A DNA stretch of 64,000 bases from an uncultured Acetobacteraceae bacterium (GCA_964236585.1 CAXSFE010000002.1:8171-72170); one strand, 5' to 3'. Counted from the stretch's first letter, positions 26,756 to 36,627 are shown. The notes: a model not told the origin generated them from the letters alone. Numbers and translations: made by a program.

Positions 26756-28744
26756 ATGGCAGCAGAGCCGAAGGACGCGCCCATCGCAGGGCGCTTCGTG
26801 CCCGAACCCGACCGGTCCGCCGCCTTCCTGGGGCCGGAGCTGCGCGGCGTGGCTGCGCGCGAGCCCGGGCGGGAGTGGCCCGGCGGGCTGGTGGCGCTGC
26901 GCGTGCTGCCAGCCGCGCCACCGCGTGCCGGCGCCATCCTCGCGCTTGCGGAGGCGGCGATCCCGGGCGTGCTGCTGCCTCTCGCCCACGGGGTCGCGGC
27001 CGGCGCCGCCTGGGTGGTGTGCCCGTCGCCGCCGGGGCCGGCGCTGTCCGTCGCCGCCAGGGCGTGGAGCGAGCAGGCGTTGCTCGCCGACGTGCTGCGT
27101 CCGGTCGCCACGGCGCTGGACGCGCTGGCGCGGCTCGGCGTGACGCACCGCGCGGTCCGCCCCGACAACCTGTTCCGCGACGGCTCCGGCGAGGTGGTGC
27201 TGGGGCCGGCCTGGGCGGAGCCGCCCGCGAGCCTGCAGCCCGCGCTGTTCGAGCCGCCCGCCTCGCAGTGCTGCCTGAGGTCCGGGCGCGGCGATGGCGA
27301 CATCGCCGACGACGTCTATGCGCTCGGCGTGGTGCTGCTGTGCCTGGCGCTGGGCCGTGCGCCGCTCGCCGGTCTGGACGACGCGGCGATCCTGCGCCGC
27401 AAGGTGGAGCTGGGCAGCTACGACGCGCTGGTCGGCCCGGGCGACGTCTCGCCCGCGCTCGCCGACCTGCTGCGCGCCATGCTGTCCGAGGATCCGCAGC
27501 TCCGGCCCGCGCCCGCCCTGCTCCGCGACCCGGCCGCCACGCGGGCACGGCGCCTGGTGCCGCGCACGCTGCGCCCCGCCGAGCGCGCGATCGCGGTGGG
27601 GCCGGTGCAGGCCTGGAGCGCGCGAGGCCTGGCGCTGGCGCTGTCGCAGCATCCCGGGCCGGCCACCGTCCTGCTGCGCGGCGGCGCGGCGACGACGTGG
27701 CTGCGGCGCTCGCTCGGGGACAACGTGGCGGCCACGCGGGTCGAGGCCGCGCTCGCAGGGCTCGACCGCACGCACGAGTCGGTCGGCGTCATGCGCGCGG
27801 TGGCCCTGCTCGATCCCCTGGCGCCGCTGTGCTGGCGCGGCCTGTCGCTGTGGCCGGACGGGATCGGGCCGGCGCTGGTGCAGGCGCGCCAGGACCCGCC
27901 GATGCTGGCGGCGCTGCAGGAGCTGGTGACCTCGGAGGCGGTCCTGGGCTGGGCGCGCCTGCGTCCGCAGCGCAGCGACCCGGAGCGGCTGCGGGCGGAG
28001 ACGCGCAGCCACCGGCTCCTGCTCGGCTCCGACGCGGGGGGTGGCGGGTTGCCGGGCGCCAGGGCGGCGCGCCTGGTCTACGAGCTGAACCCGCTGCTGG
28101 CCTGCGCGTCGCCGGTGCTGGGGCGGCAGGTGGTGGTCGGCCTGCCTGACCTGCTGCCCGCGCTCGAGTTCGTGGCACAGGAAGGGGCGGGGGCGACCGC
28201 CCAGGCCGGCAGCGCGGTGGCGCAGCGCGGCGGCACCGAGAAGCCGGCCGCCTCGCCGCTGCCGCTGGACGCGGAGATGCTGGCCTTCGTGGCGGCGCGC
28301 CATGGCCAGCGGCCCGACGATGCCGCCGTGTCGGGCGCCGCGATGCGCCAGGCGCAGCTGCTCGGCCTGCTGCAGCAGCGCCTGCGGTCGGGCCCTCTCC
28401 CCGCGCTGGCCGGCTGGCTGCTGCGCAGCGGGCTGTCGGACCTGTCGGCCTGGCGCAACCGCGACACGCGGGAACGCCTGGGCGCGCGGCTGTCGGAGCT
28501 GGCCGCGCAGGGGCTGCTGTCCGACATGGTGACGCTGCTCACCGACGACGCGGCACTCGGCCGCGACGAGGCCGGCGCCGACCTGGCCCGGGCGGAGGTG
28601 GCGCGCATCGACGCGCAGCTCGCCGGCCTCGCGGCGCGGCGCGGCGGCCGGCTGGAGATGGCGCGCCGGACCGGGCGCGACATCGTCGGCAGCGTCGGCC
28701 TGGTGCTCGCCGCGGGCTTCCTGATCCTGGCCGTGCTGTCGTGA
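26756..28744 (+). CDS. tail-anchored protein-kinase-like protein with degenerate catalytic motifs (predicted pseudokinase)
   Basis: Hanks-type subdomains are recognisable: VALRV in place of VAIK, HRAVRPDNLF in place of HRDxKPxN, DVYALGVVLLCLALGRAPL (subdomain IX) and LLRAMLSEDPQLRP (subdomain XI). There is no GxGxxG and no DFG. A C-terminal hydrophobic helix is present (IVGSVGLVLAAGFLILAVL). Confidence 0.6.
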   Translation: MAAEPKDAPIAGRFVPEPDRSAAFLGPELRGVAAREPGREWPGGLVALRVLPAAPPRAGAILALAEAAIPGVLLPLAHGVAAGAAWVVCPSPPGPALSVAARAWSEQALLADVLRPVATALDALARLGVTHRAVRPDNLFRDGSGEVVLGPAWAEPPASLQPALFEPPASQCCLRSGRGDGDIADDVYALGVVLLCLALGRAPLAGLDDAAILRRKVELGSYDALVGPGDVSPALADLLRAMLSEDPQLRPAPALLRDPAATRARRLVPRTLRPAERAIAVGPVQAWSARGLALALSQHPGPATVLLRGGAATTWLRRSLGDNVAATRVEAALAGLDRTHESVGVMRAVALLDPLAPLCWRGLSLWPDGIGPALVQARQDPPMLAALQELVTSEAVLGWARLRPQRSDPERLRAETRSHRLLLGSDAGGGGLPGARAARLVYELNPLLACASPVLGRQVVVGLPDLLPALEFVAQEGAGATAQAGSAVAQRGGTEKPAASPLPLDAEMLAFVAARHGQRPDDAAVSGAAMRQAQLLGLLQQRLRSGPLPALAGWLLRSGLSDLSAWRNRDTRERLGARLSELAAQGLLSDMVTLLTDDAALGRDEAGADLARAEVARIDAQLAGLAARRGGRLEMARRTGRDIVGSVGLVLAAGFLILAVLS

Positions 28745-28766
28745 CGGCCGCACGGGCGAACAGGGC

Positions 28767-29234
28767 ATGAGCAGGCAGGCTGCGCGCGGCGTGCAAGGCG
28801 ATCCCGGGCGGCGCGCCGGGTCGCTGCGCTGGGTCCAGGGCATGGGATGCGGGCTGCTGCTGGCGGTCTCGCCCGCGTCGCTGCTGCTGCTGGCCGGCCT
28901 CATGGCGCCGCTTGCGCCCGCGCTGCTCAGCGACAGCACGGCGGGCCGCCCCGTCGCCCGCTCCGTCGCGCTGTTCGGGGCCGCGCTGTCGATCGGCCCG
29001 GTCATGCGGCTGTGGCATGCCGGCGGCGGCATGGCGGACGCGCTTGCGTTGCTGGGCGATGTCGGGGTGCTGGGTACGGCCTGGGCGGCCTGCGCTGTGG
29101 GCTGGCTGCTGGCGGAGCTTGCACCCGTGCTGGTCAGGGTTGCCCTGGACAAGAACGACCATGTCCAGGAGGCGGCGCTGCTGGCCGCGCGCAGGCGCCT
29201 CGAGGAGCGTTGGGGCGTGGCGCCGCGCGGGTGA
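28767..29234 (+). CDS. hypothetical multi-pass membrane protein
   Basis: It starts 23 nt after the pseudokinase stop. It has 3-4 hydrophobic helices (GCGLLLAVSPASLLLLAGLMAPLAPALL, VALFGAALSIGPV, VLGTAWAACAVGWLLAELAPVLV). The start may be the Met at 28842. Confidence 0.45.
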   Translation: MSRQAARGVQGDPGRRAGSLRWVQGMGCGLLLAVSPASLLLLAGLMAPLAPALLSDSTAGRPVARSVALFGAALSIGPVMRLWHAGGGMADALALLGDVGVLGTAWAACAVGWLLAELAPVLVRVALDKNDHVQEAALLAARRRLEERWGVAPRG

Positions 29235-29254
29235 GGGCCGATGGTGTGTCGCAG

Positions 29255-29376
29255 GCAAGGTTGAGGCTCTGCCTCAAACTCCGCCAGAGGCGAGCCGCCC
29301 CTGGACCTGCTTGACTTAGGAAGGCCGGTCCAGGGAGGCTCCCCCTGGCGGGTCCAGGGCAGAGCCCTGGCCTTGC
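29255..29376. repeat. mosaic palindromic element (R10)
   Basis: The left outer hairpin is the variant TTGAGGC-TCT-GCCTCAA (29261-29277). The centre is GACTTAGG. The right arm is CCAGGGAGGCTCCCCCTGG + CCAGGGCAGAGCCCTGG-CCTTGC. It ends 6 nt before the mtnA stop. Confidence 0.9.
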
Positions 29377-29382
29377 TTCCTG

Positions 29383-30474
<1,092 letters not shown>

Positions 30475-30551
30475 GGCTGGCGGACTCTCGTGGCAGGGAG
30501 GGACATGGGCCGTGCCATACCAGCGGCCCTCGTGTCGAGCCACAGGCAGAA

Positions 30552-30673
30552 GCAAGGCCGGGCTCTGCCCAGACCCGCCAGGAGCGAAGCCGCCCCTGGA
30601 CCCGGCTTTACTTAAGCAATGGATTCCAAAGGCTCCGCTTTTGGCGGGGTCCAGGGGCAGAGCCCCTGGCCTT
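30552..30673. repeat. mosaic palindromic element (R11)
   Basis: GCAAGGCCGGGCTCTGCCCAG + CCAGGAGCGAAGCCGCCCCTGG, a CTTAAG centre, then CCAAAGGCTCCGCTTTTGG + CCAGGGGCAGAGCCCCTGG-CCTTCC. Confidence 0.9.
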
Positions 30674-30692
30674 CCTTGGCTGGTCGCCGGTG

Positions 30693-31187
30693 TCAGATCC
30701 GCTGGTGCAGCACGCAGACCAGGGTGAACAGGCGGCGCGCGGTCTCGAAGTCGATGGCGATCTTGCGGTCGAGCCGCTGCACGAGCAGCTCGGCGCCCTC
30801 GTTGTGCAGGCTGCGGCGTCCCATGTCGATGGCCTCCATGCGCGCCTCGCGGCCTTCCTCGACCGCCTTGACGTGGCTGTCGACCAGAAGCTGGTAGTCC
30901 TTGATCAGGCGGCGGAACGGGCCGAGCGCCAGCAGCGTGGCCATCAGCTTGCGGCCCGACTCGTCGCGCACGTCGAGCACTAGGCGGCCCTCCTGGACCG
31001 ACAGGTGCAGGGCGAACGGCCCGACCTGGCCCGACGGGGAGAACAGGTTGCCCGCCGAGAGGTCGGCCACCGCCTGCGCGCGGTCGGCCTCCTGCAACGG
31101 CGACAGCCGGCCGAGCACCTCGCCTTCGAGGACGACCCGGGACAGCTTCTGGGTGTCGGTCGGCAGCGGCAGCACCGCCTCAGGCAT
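30693..31187 (-). CDS. UPF0262-family protein
   Basis: Starts at ATG 31185-31187. The C-terminal signature [45 protein letters not shown] is characteristic of this alphaproteobacterial family. Confidence 0.85.
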   Translation of the reverse strand: MPEAVLPLPTDTQKLSRVVLEGEVLGRLSPLQEADRAQAVADLSAGNLFSPSGQVGPFALHLSVQEGRLVLDVRDESGRKLMATLLALGPFRRLIKDYQLLVDSHVKAVEEGREARMEAIDMGRRSLHNEGAELLVQRLDRKIAIDFETARRLFTLVCVLHQRI

Positions 31188-31689
31188 GAGGCCTGCCGGA
31201 CAGTGCCGTGGCGTCGTGCGCGTTGCCGTGCCGGGTCGCGAGAAGGTTGCCGCCCGGGCGGGCCGCGTCGGTGTCGTCACGCAGGAGGCCGAGGCGCAGC
31301 ATCAGCCCCACGGTCGCGCCCTTGACCGGCCGCATCAGCGCGAGCGTCAGCACCAGGGTGAACGGCAGGAAGGTCGCGGCATACAGCCAGAGCGGCGGGG
31401 CCCAGAGCTGCTCAACCAGCACCAGCAGGCCGATCACCACGTGGGCCACGATGACGATCGTGAAGTACGGCGGCGCGTCGTCCGCGGGAACCTCGCCGAG
31501 CGGGGCGTGGCAGTGCGGGCAGGCCGGCGCGATCCGCAGGAAACCGGCAAACAGCCGCGACTCACCGCAGGCCGGGCAGCGCCCCACGGCGCCACGGCCC
31601 ATCGCGACCAGGACCGGCGGCTGCGGCCATGCGGTCGGCGCCGGGGCGCGGTCGGCTTCCCAGCGGACCGGGGGCATCATGTCTGGCAT
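31180..31689 (-). CDS. DUF983-family zinc-ribbon membrane protein
   Basis: Starts at ATG 31687-31689 (MPDMMPP...). Carries CPACG...CPHCH followed by two hydrophobic helices. It overlaps the UPF0262 start by 8 nt. Confidence 0.7.
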   Translation of the reverse strand: MPDMMPPVRWEADRAPAPTAWPQPPVLVAMGRGAVGRCPACGESRLFAGFLRIAPACPHCHAPLGEVPADDAPPYFTIVIVAHVVIGLLVLVEQLWAPPLWLYAATFLPFTLVLTLALMRPVKGATVGLMLRLGLLRDDTDAARPGGNLLATRHGNAHDATALSGRPHA

Positions 31690-31915
31690 CTTGCTGCTCT
31701 CCTGCCGGCTGTCACGATGCTGCGTGGCAAGCCCGGCGCGTCCTGCGCGTCGTGGCCGGTCCGGCACGTTCCCCATCTGGGGTGTCCGGACGCCGATGTC
31801 ACGCACTTGTCGTCCAGGCCGTGACCCGCCAGACCGGGCGCCCCGGACCAGGCAGGGCGGGCGGGCCGCGGCGCTGGCGGGCAGGCCGTGGCGTTGCGGC
31901 GGGAGGAGAGGCGGC

Positions 31916-32845
31916 ATGCGGATCGCGCGGACCCTGGCGGAGCTTGCCGCGGCGAGGGCCGAGCTTGTCGGGCCGGTCGGGCTGGTGCCGACGATGGGCG
32001 CGCTGCACGAGGGCCATCTGGCGCTGCTGGCGGCGGCGCGGCAGGACTGCCGCTCGGTCGTGGCCTCGATCTTCGTCAACCCGCTGCAGTTCGCGGCGAC
32101 CGAGGACCTGTCCCGCTACCCGCGCGACGAGGCGGGCGACCTCGAGGCGCTGCGCGGCGCCGGCTGCGCGCTGGCGTGGCTGCCGGACGTGGCGGCGATG
32201 TATCCACCGGGCGACGCGACCGAGATCGTGCCGGGCGGCCCTGCGCTTGGCTGGGAGGGCACGCAGCGGCCGGGGCATTTCCGGGGCGTGGCCACCGTCG
32301 TCGCCAAGCTGCTCGGCCAGGTCATGCCGCGGCGCGCGTATTTCGGGGAGAAGGACTGGCAGCAGCTGCGGGTGGTGCATCGCATGGTGGCCGACCTGCA
32401 CCTGCCGGTCGAGGTGATCGGCGTGGCGACGCGGCGTGATCCCGACGGGCTGGCGCTGTCGTCGCGCAACCGGTTCCTGTCCGGGGCTGAGCGGGCAGTC
32501 GCGCCGCTGCTGCCGGCGACGCTGCGACAGGCCGCCGCGGACATCGCGGCACTTTCGCGTGAACGGCCGGTGCGCGGCGCCGCACGAACCGGGCCGGACC
32601 CGGGCGGCCCGGCGCCGCTGTCGCCCGCCGGGCAGGCCGGTCGTGTCGGGTCGGTGCTGCACCAGGCGAGGCAGGCGCTGGAAGGGGCGGGCTTCGCGGT
32701 GGAATACCTGGCGCTGGTCGAGCCGGACAGCCTGCACGAGGTTCGCGACGTCGTGGCGGCGTCGGCACCCGGACCGAGGCTGATCGTCGCGGCGCGGCTG
32801 GGCACGGTGCGGCTGCTCGACAACGTCGGCCTGCCGGCCGGCTGA
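31916..32845 (+). CDS. panC: pantoate--beta-alanine ligase
   Basis: Starts at ATG 31916, preceded by GGGAGGAG. Carries LVPTMGALHEGHLAL, SIFVNPLQF, GHFRGVATVV and YFGEKDWQQ. An apparent Pro/Gly-rich insertion lies near aa 214-246. Confidence 0.9.
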   Translation: MRIARTLAELAAARAELVGPVGLVPTMGALHEGHLALLAAARQDCRSVVASIFVNPLQFAATEDLSRYPRDEAGDLEALRGAGCALAWLPDVAAMYPPGDATEIVPGGPALGWEGTQRPGHFRGVATVVAKLLGQVMPRRAYFGEKDWQQLRVVHRMVADLHLPVEVIGVATRRDPDGLALSSRNRFLSGAERAVAPLLPATLRQAAADIAALSRERPVRGAARTGPDPGGPAPLSPAGQAGRVGSVLHQARQALEGAGFAVEYLALVEPDSLHEVRDVVAASAPGPRLIVAARLGTVRLLDNVGLPAG

Positions 32846-32867
32846 CGCCTTGGCGGGGCGGCAGCCT

Positions 32868-33890
32868 TCAGCGGGGGCGCGGCTCCGCCGCTGCGGCCAG
32901 GGCGGCGAGGAAGCGGGCGGCCTGCGCCGGCCATGCCGGCAGGTCCTGTCCGCTCGCCCAGGCCGCCTCGGCCATGCGATGGCGGAGCGCGCCGTCGCAG
33001 ATCATGCGGCGCAGGCACCGGGACAGGCCGACGTCGTCCTCCGTCGGGCATGACGCGGCCGCCTCCTCGGGCAGCGCGGTGCAGCCGGTCACGGCCACAG
33101 GGATGCCGCGGCGCAGCGCCTCGGCGATGGCGATCCCGGTGGTCTCCCGGCGCGATGCCAGCGCGAACAGGTCGGCACAGGCCCAGAGCTGCTCCAGCTC
33201 CTCGCCCGCCGGGCGCTCCAGCAGCCGCACCCGGTCCGCGATGCCGAGCGTGGCCGCGAGTGCGCCGAGCCCGGCGGTCCAGGCCGCCTCGCCGTGGCTG
33301 TCACCGGCGATGGTCAGGCGCCAGTCCAGGTCGGGCAGGCGGGCCAGGGCGCGCAGCAGCACGTCGTGGCCCTTGCGCGGCGCCAGGCGGCCGACCGACA
33401 GCAGGTGGCACGACCCGTCACCGGACCCCGTGCTGCGCGCGAACCGGGCCAGCCCGGGCTCCACCACGTGCAGGCGCGCCGCGGCCACGCCGAACTCGGC
33501 GACCAGCCGCGCGCCCACCCCTTCGCTGGTCGCCACCACGCGGGCGAGATGCGGCAGCACGCGGCGCTCGGCGGCGCGGATCCGGTCGCGTCGGGCGGGA
33601 TCGGCGAGCGCCGTCGGATGGTGGACGAGCGCTGCGGCCCGGTTGTCCAGCCAGGCCGGCTCGTCGGCGCCGGCGTCGAACCAGGGCAGCACCATGCCGT
33701 CGATCACCGCCGTCGCTCCACCCGGCAGAGCGGCCCAGCCCTCGTGCGCCGCGATCTCGTCGGCGACCACGACCGTGGCGACACGGCAGCCAAGCTCGCG
33801 CAACGCCGCGGTGAGGTGCCGGTTGTAGGCGCTGCCGCCGCCGGCGGTGTCGGGGGAGGGCGGGACGAAGAACACCAGCTCGATCATCAC
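32868..33890 (-). CDS. GT-B fold glycosyltransferase (family 4-like)
   Basis: MMIELVFFVPPSPDTAGGGSAYNRHL... The C-terminal half contains the E-x7-E-like region ASRRETTGIAIAEALRRGIPV. Confidence 0.75.
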   Translation of the reverse strand: MMIELVFFVPPSPDTAGGGSAYNRHLTAALRELGCRVATVVVADEIAAHEGWAALPGGATAVIDGMVLPWFDAGADEPAWLDNRAAALVHHPTALADPARRDRIRAAERRVLPHLARVVATSEGVGARLVAEFGVAAARLHVVEPGLARFARSTGSGDGSCHLLSVGRLAPRKGHDVLLRALARLPDLDWRLTIAGDSHGEAAWTAGLGALAATLGIADRVRLLERPAGEELEQLWACADLFALASRRETTGIAIAEALRRGIPVAVTGCTALPEEAAASCPTEDDVGLSRCLRRMICDGALRHRMAEAAWASGQDLPAWPAQAARFLAALAAAAEPRPR

Positions 33891-34139
33891 ATCCGACGTA
33901 ACACCGCGATGGGCACAGGCAAACCCTGAGCCGTGGACGCGCTGCCTCGGGGCGGCTCTGCCGGGCGGACGTGGCGCGAGGCAGCAGGGCTGGCGGCTCC
34001 GCCTTCGGCCTCCGCCAAGAACTTGCCGCTGGGCATCACGCCCTGAGGGTTGGTTGCCGAGGGCCTGTGCGTCCGGCGGGTCCGGCCGTGTCTGCTCTCA
34101 CGAGCTCATCGGCACCTGCGACAGCCACGGCGCCACGGA

Positions 34140-34538
34140 TCAGGCGCGCGAGACCATGGCGTAGGCGTTCGGACGCGACACCGGGGATGGCCGACCCGGC
34201 CGCCCGTATCCGGGCGTCTCGGCGCGGACCTGCTGGCGGGCGGCGTCGGCGACGATGCCGATCACGCGCGCCTGCACGTCCATGGCCTGTTCCAGCAGCG
34301 CGATGTTGCGGCCGGCGAGTGCCTGCAGCTCCAGGCCGATGGTCCGGGCCTCCTCGCGTGCAGGGTCGTCGAGCAGCGGGATCGTGCCTGCGCGGGCCCG
34401 GTCGAACGCCGCGATCCGGCGCTGCTTGTCGTCGAGGAGCGTGATGGCGCCGGCGTGGTCGTGCGCGGCCAGCGCGGCGTTCTCGGCCAGCAGCACCTCG
34501 CCGAGCGCGCGCGCCGCCAGGATCAGCTCGTTGGTCAT
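34140..34538 (-). CDS. FlgN-like flagellar chaperone (putative)
   Basis: 132 aa, helical and Ala/Leu-rich (LILAARALGEVLLAENAALAAHD...). Its start overlaps the upstream rod-binding gene stop as ATGA. The assignment rests mainly on position and composition. Confidence 0.4.
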   Translation of the reverse strand: MTNELILAARALGEVLLAENAALAAHDHAGAITLLDDKQRRIAAFDRARAGTIPLLDDPAREEARTIGLELQALAGRNIALLEQAMDVQARVIGIVADAARQQVRAETPGYGRPGRPSPVSRPNAYAMVSRA

Positions 34539-34834
34539 CGCCTGCGTCCCCCGGCGGCTTCCTGCAGCCGCAGCATCTGCTGGTACACCGGCTGTGCCAG
34601 CCCGAGGCCGCCAGCAGACGCGATCTTCTTTGCCATTTCGCTAACGAGCATCGGGCGCCAGGTGGATTCGCCCTCGCCGCCGCCGAAGATGCTTTTGGAA
34701 TTGTCAGCGGTGCCGAAGATCGGCGCGAGCATCTCGTTGAGCGCCATCGCCTCGAACTTCTGCGCCTCGGCCCAGGTCTTCTGCTGCTGCTCCGGGCTGA
34801 CCGTGGTGGCCGGCGGCGGGATCACCATGCTCAT
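34535..34834 (-). CDS. flagellar rod-binding protein (FlgJ N-terminal domain / CheL-like)
   Basis: 99 aa. EAQKFEAMALNEMLAPIF...WRPMLVSEMAKKIASAGGLGLAQPVYQQM is the Rod-binding signature. The start overlaps the flgI stop by 1 nt. Confidence 0.75.
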   Translation of the reverse strand: MSMVIPPPATTVSPEQQQKTWAEAQKFEAMALNEMLAPIFGTADNSKSIFGGGEGESTWRPMLVSEMAKKIASAGGLGLAQPVYQQMLRLQEAAGGRRR

Positions 34835-35958
34835 CAGCGCACCTGGAGGTCGGCCTGCAGCGCGCCCGCGGCCTTGATGGATTGCAGGATGCTGATCAGG
34901 TCGCGCGGCCCGATCCCCATGGCGTTCAGGCTGCCGACCAGGTCGCGCAGCGTCGGCTGGGAGGGCAGGATGCCGAGCTTGTGGTCGTTGCCGGTGTCGA
35001 CCGAGACGCTGGTGCGCGGCACCACCGTGGTCCGCCCGTTGGAGAACGCCGCGGGCTGGCTGACCTGGGGCGCCTCGCTGACGCGGATCGTCAGGTTGCC
35101 CTGCGCGATCGCCACCGTGGAGATGCGCACGTTGGCGCCCATGACGATGGTGCCGCTGGTCTCGTCGATCACCACCACGGCGGCGTTGTCGGGGGTGACG
35201 GTGAGTTCCTCGATGCGCGCCAGGCTGGAGACGACGTCGCGCCCGCCCAGCGCCAGCTCCACCGTGTGCGGGTCCGAGGCGCGGGCCTGGAAGCCCGCGC
35301 GCGTGACCGCGTCGGCCATGCGCATCGCGGTGGTGAGGTCGGGGTTGCGCAAGCCGAGCCGGAGCGTGCGGCCGGCGCCCAGCTCGAACGGGATCTCCTT
35401 CTCCACGGTGGCGCCGTTGGCGACGTGGGCGGAGGTCGGCACGTTGCGGGTCACCGAGGCGGCGGCGCCGCGGGCGGAGAACGCGCTGGTGACGAGCGCG
35501 CCCTGCGCCACGGCGTAGACGTCGCCGTCGGCGGCCAGCATCGGCGTGACCAGGAGCTGGCCGCCGAGCAGGCTGGAGGCGTCGCCGATCGCGGAGACGG
35601 TGATGTCGACACGCCCGCCGGAGCGCGCGAAGGCCGGCAGCTCGGCGGTGACCATCACCGCGGCGACGTTCCTGGTCTGCAGCTTGGCCTGCTGGTCGCG
35701 GGTGTTGACGCCGAGGCGCTCGAGCATGCCGATCAGGGACTCCCGGGTGAACACCGCGTTGTCGAGCCGGTCGCCGGTGCCGTTGAGCCCGACGACCAGT
35801 CCGTAGCCGACCAGCTGGTTGGCGCGCACGCCCTCCACGTCGGCGATGTCCTTGATGCGGACCTGCGCCGAGGCGGGCCCCGGGGCGGCGACGGCGAGCA
35901 GCACGGAAGCCAGCAGCACCAGGAGTCGCACGGCAGTCCTTTCCGGGACGTAAATCAT
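34834..35958 (-). CDS. flgI: flagellar P-ring protein
   Basis: Starts at ATG 35956-35958 with a signal peptide. Carries IKDIADVEGVRANQLVGYGLVVGLNGTGD and a C-terminal LISILQSIKAAGALQADLQV. Confidence 0.95.
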   Translation of the reverse strand: MIYVPERTAVRLLVLLASVLLAVAAPGPASAQVRIKDIADVEGVRANQLVGYGLVVGLNGTGDRLDNAVFTRESLIGMLERLGVNTRDQQAKLQTRNVAAVMVTAELPAFARSGGRVDITVSAIGDASSLLGGQLLVTPMLAADGDVYAVAQGALVTSAFSARGAAASVTRNVPTSAHVANGATVEKEIPFELGAGRTLRLGLRNPDLTTAMRMADAVTRAGFQARASDPHTVELALGGRDVVSSLARIEELTVTPDNAAVVVIDETSGTIVMGANVRISTVAIAQGNLTIRVSEAPQVSQPAAFSNGRTTVVPRTSVSVDTGNDHKLGILPSQPTLRDLVGSLNAMGIGPRDLISILQSIKAAGALQADLQVR

Positions 35959-36023
35959 TTGCGCCCATCCTGGGCAGGTGGCGCCGGGCGTCGGCGGCCG
36001 GCGCGACGGGCGCGGGGTGCAGC

Positions 36024-36038
36024 GCAACACCCGTGCCA
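36024..36038 (-). promoter_or_regulatory. sigma-54 promoter of flgI operon
   Basis: The minus strand reads TGGCAC-GGGTG-TTGC, an exact match to TGGCAC-N5-TTGC. The -12 GC lies about 65 nt upstream of the flgI ATG. Confidence 0.65.
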
Positions 36039-36079
36039 GGCAGGAAGGCCGGATTTCCGGACCTGCCTGCAGGCGGCGG

Positions 36080-36097
36080 CCCGGCACTTCCTGCCGG
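36080..36097. promoter_or_regulatory. inverted repeat CCCGGCA-N5-TGCCGG (candidate enhancer-binding-protein site)
   Basis: CCCGGCACTTCCTGCCGG, centred about 52 bp upstream of the flgI -24 GG. The same motif recurs at 40732-40750. Confidence 0.45.
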
Positions 36098-36129
36098 CCG
36101 GCAGGACGGGCAGGGCGAAAGGAGCCAGG

Positions 36130-36600
36130 ATGCAGATCGGGTCCGCAGCGGCGATCCGCGCGACAGAGCCGGCCAGGACGGGCGACGCAGCCGGACCTGG
36201 CACGTCGTTCCGGATGCCTGCCGAGACCGCGGGCGCGGGTGGCGCCGCGGCCGCCACGTCGCCGGCGCGTGGGCTGGACGCGTTGCTGGCGCTGCAGGAG
36301 ACGGCGGTCGCGGCGCAGGATCCCGCGACGCGCGACCGCGAGGCGAGGCGGCATGGCCGCGACCTGCTGGAGGCGCTGGCCGCGCTGCAGAAGGCGCTGC
36401 TCGCCGGCGAGGACGGGGCCGAGGCCGGCGCCGAGAGGCTGGGTCGCCTGGTCGCGCTGCTGCGGTCGATGCCGGCGGCGGCGGATCCCGGGCTGGACGG
36501 GGTGCTGCGCTCGGTCGGGCTGCGCGCGCGGCTGGAGCTGGCGCGTCGCGGGCTGCCCGATGTCAGGCCCGGGTGTGGCGTGGCCGACGCAATCCGGTGA
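36130..36600 (+). CDS. fliX: flagellar assembly regulator FliX
   Basis: Starts at ATG 36130, preceded by AGGAG. It has a low-complexity N-terminus, then LDALLALQE...RRHGRDLLEALAALQKALLAGE...DPGLDGVLRSVGLRARLELARRG. It is divergent from flgI, as in Caulobacter. Confidence 0.65.
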   Translation: MQIGSAAAIRATEPARTGDAAGPGTSFRMPAETAGAGGAAAATSPARGLDALLALQETAVAAQDPATRDREARRHGRDLLEALAALQKALLAGEDGAEAGAERLGRLVALLRSMPAAADPGLDGVLRSVGLRARLELARRGLPDVRPGCGVADAIR

Positions 36601-36627
36601 CACTGTCGGGACAGGACGCGGTAGTTC

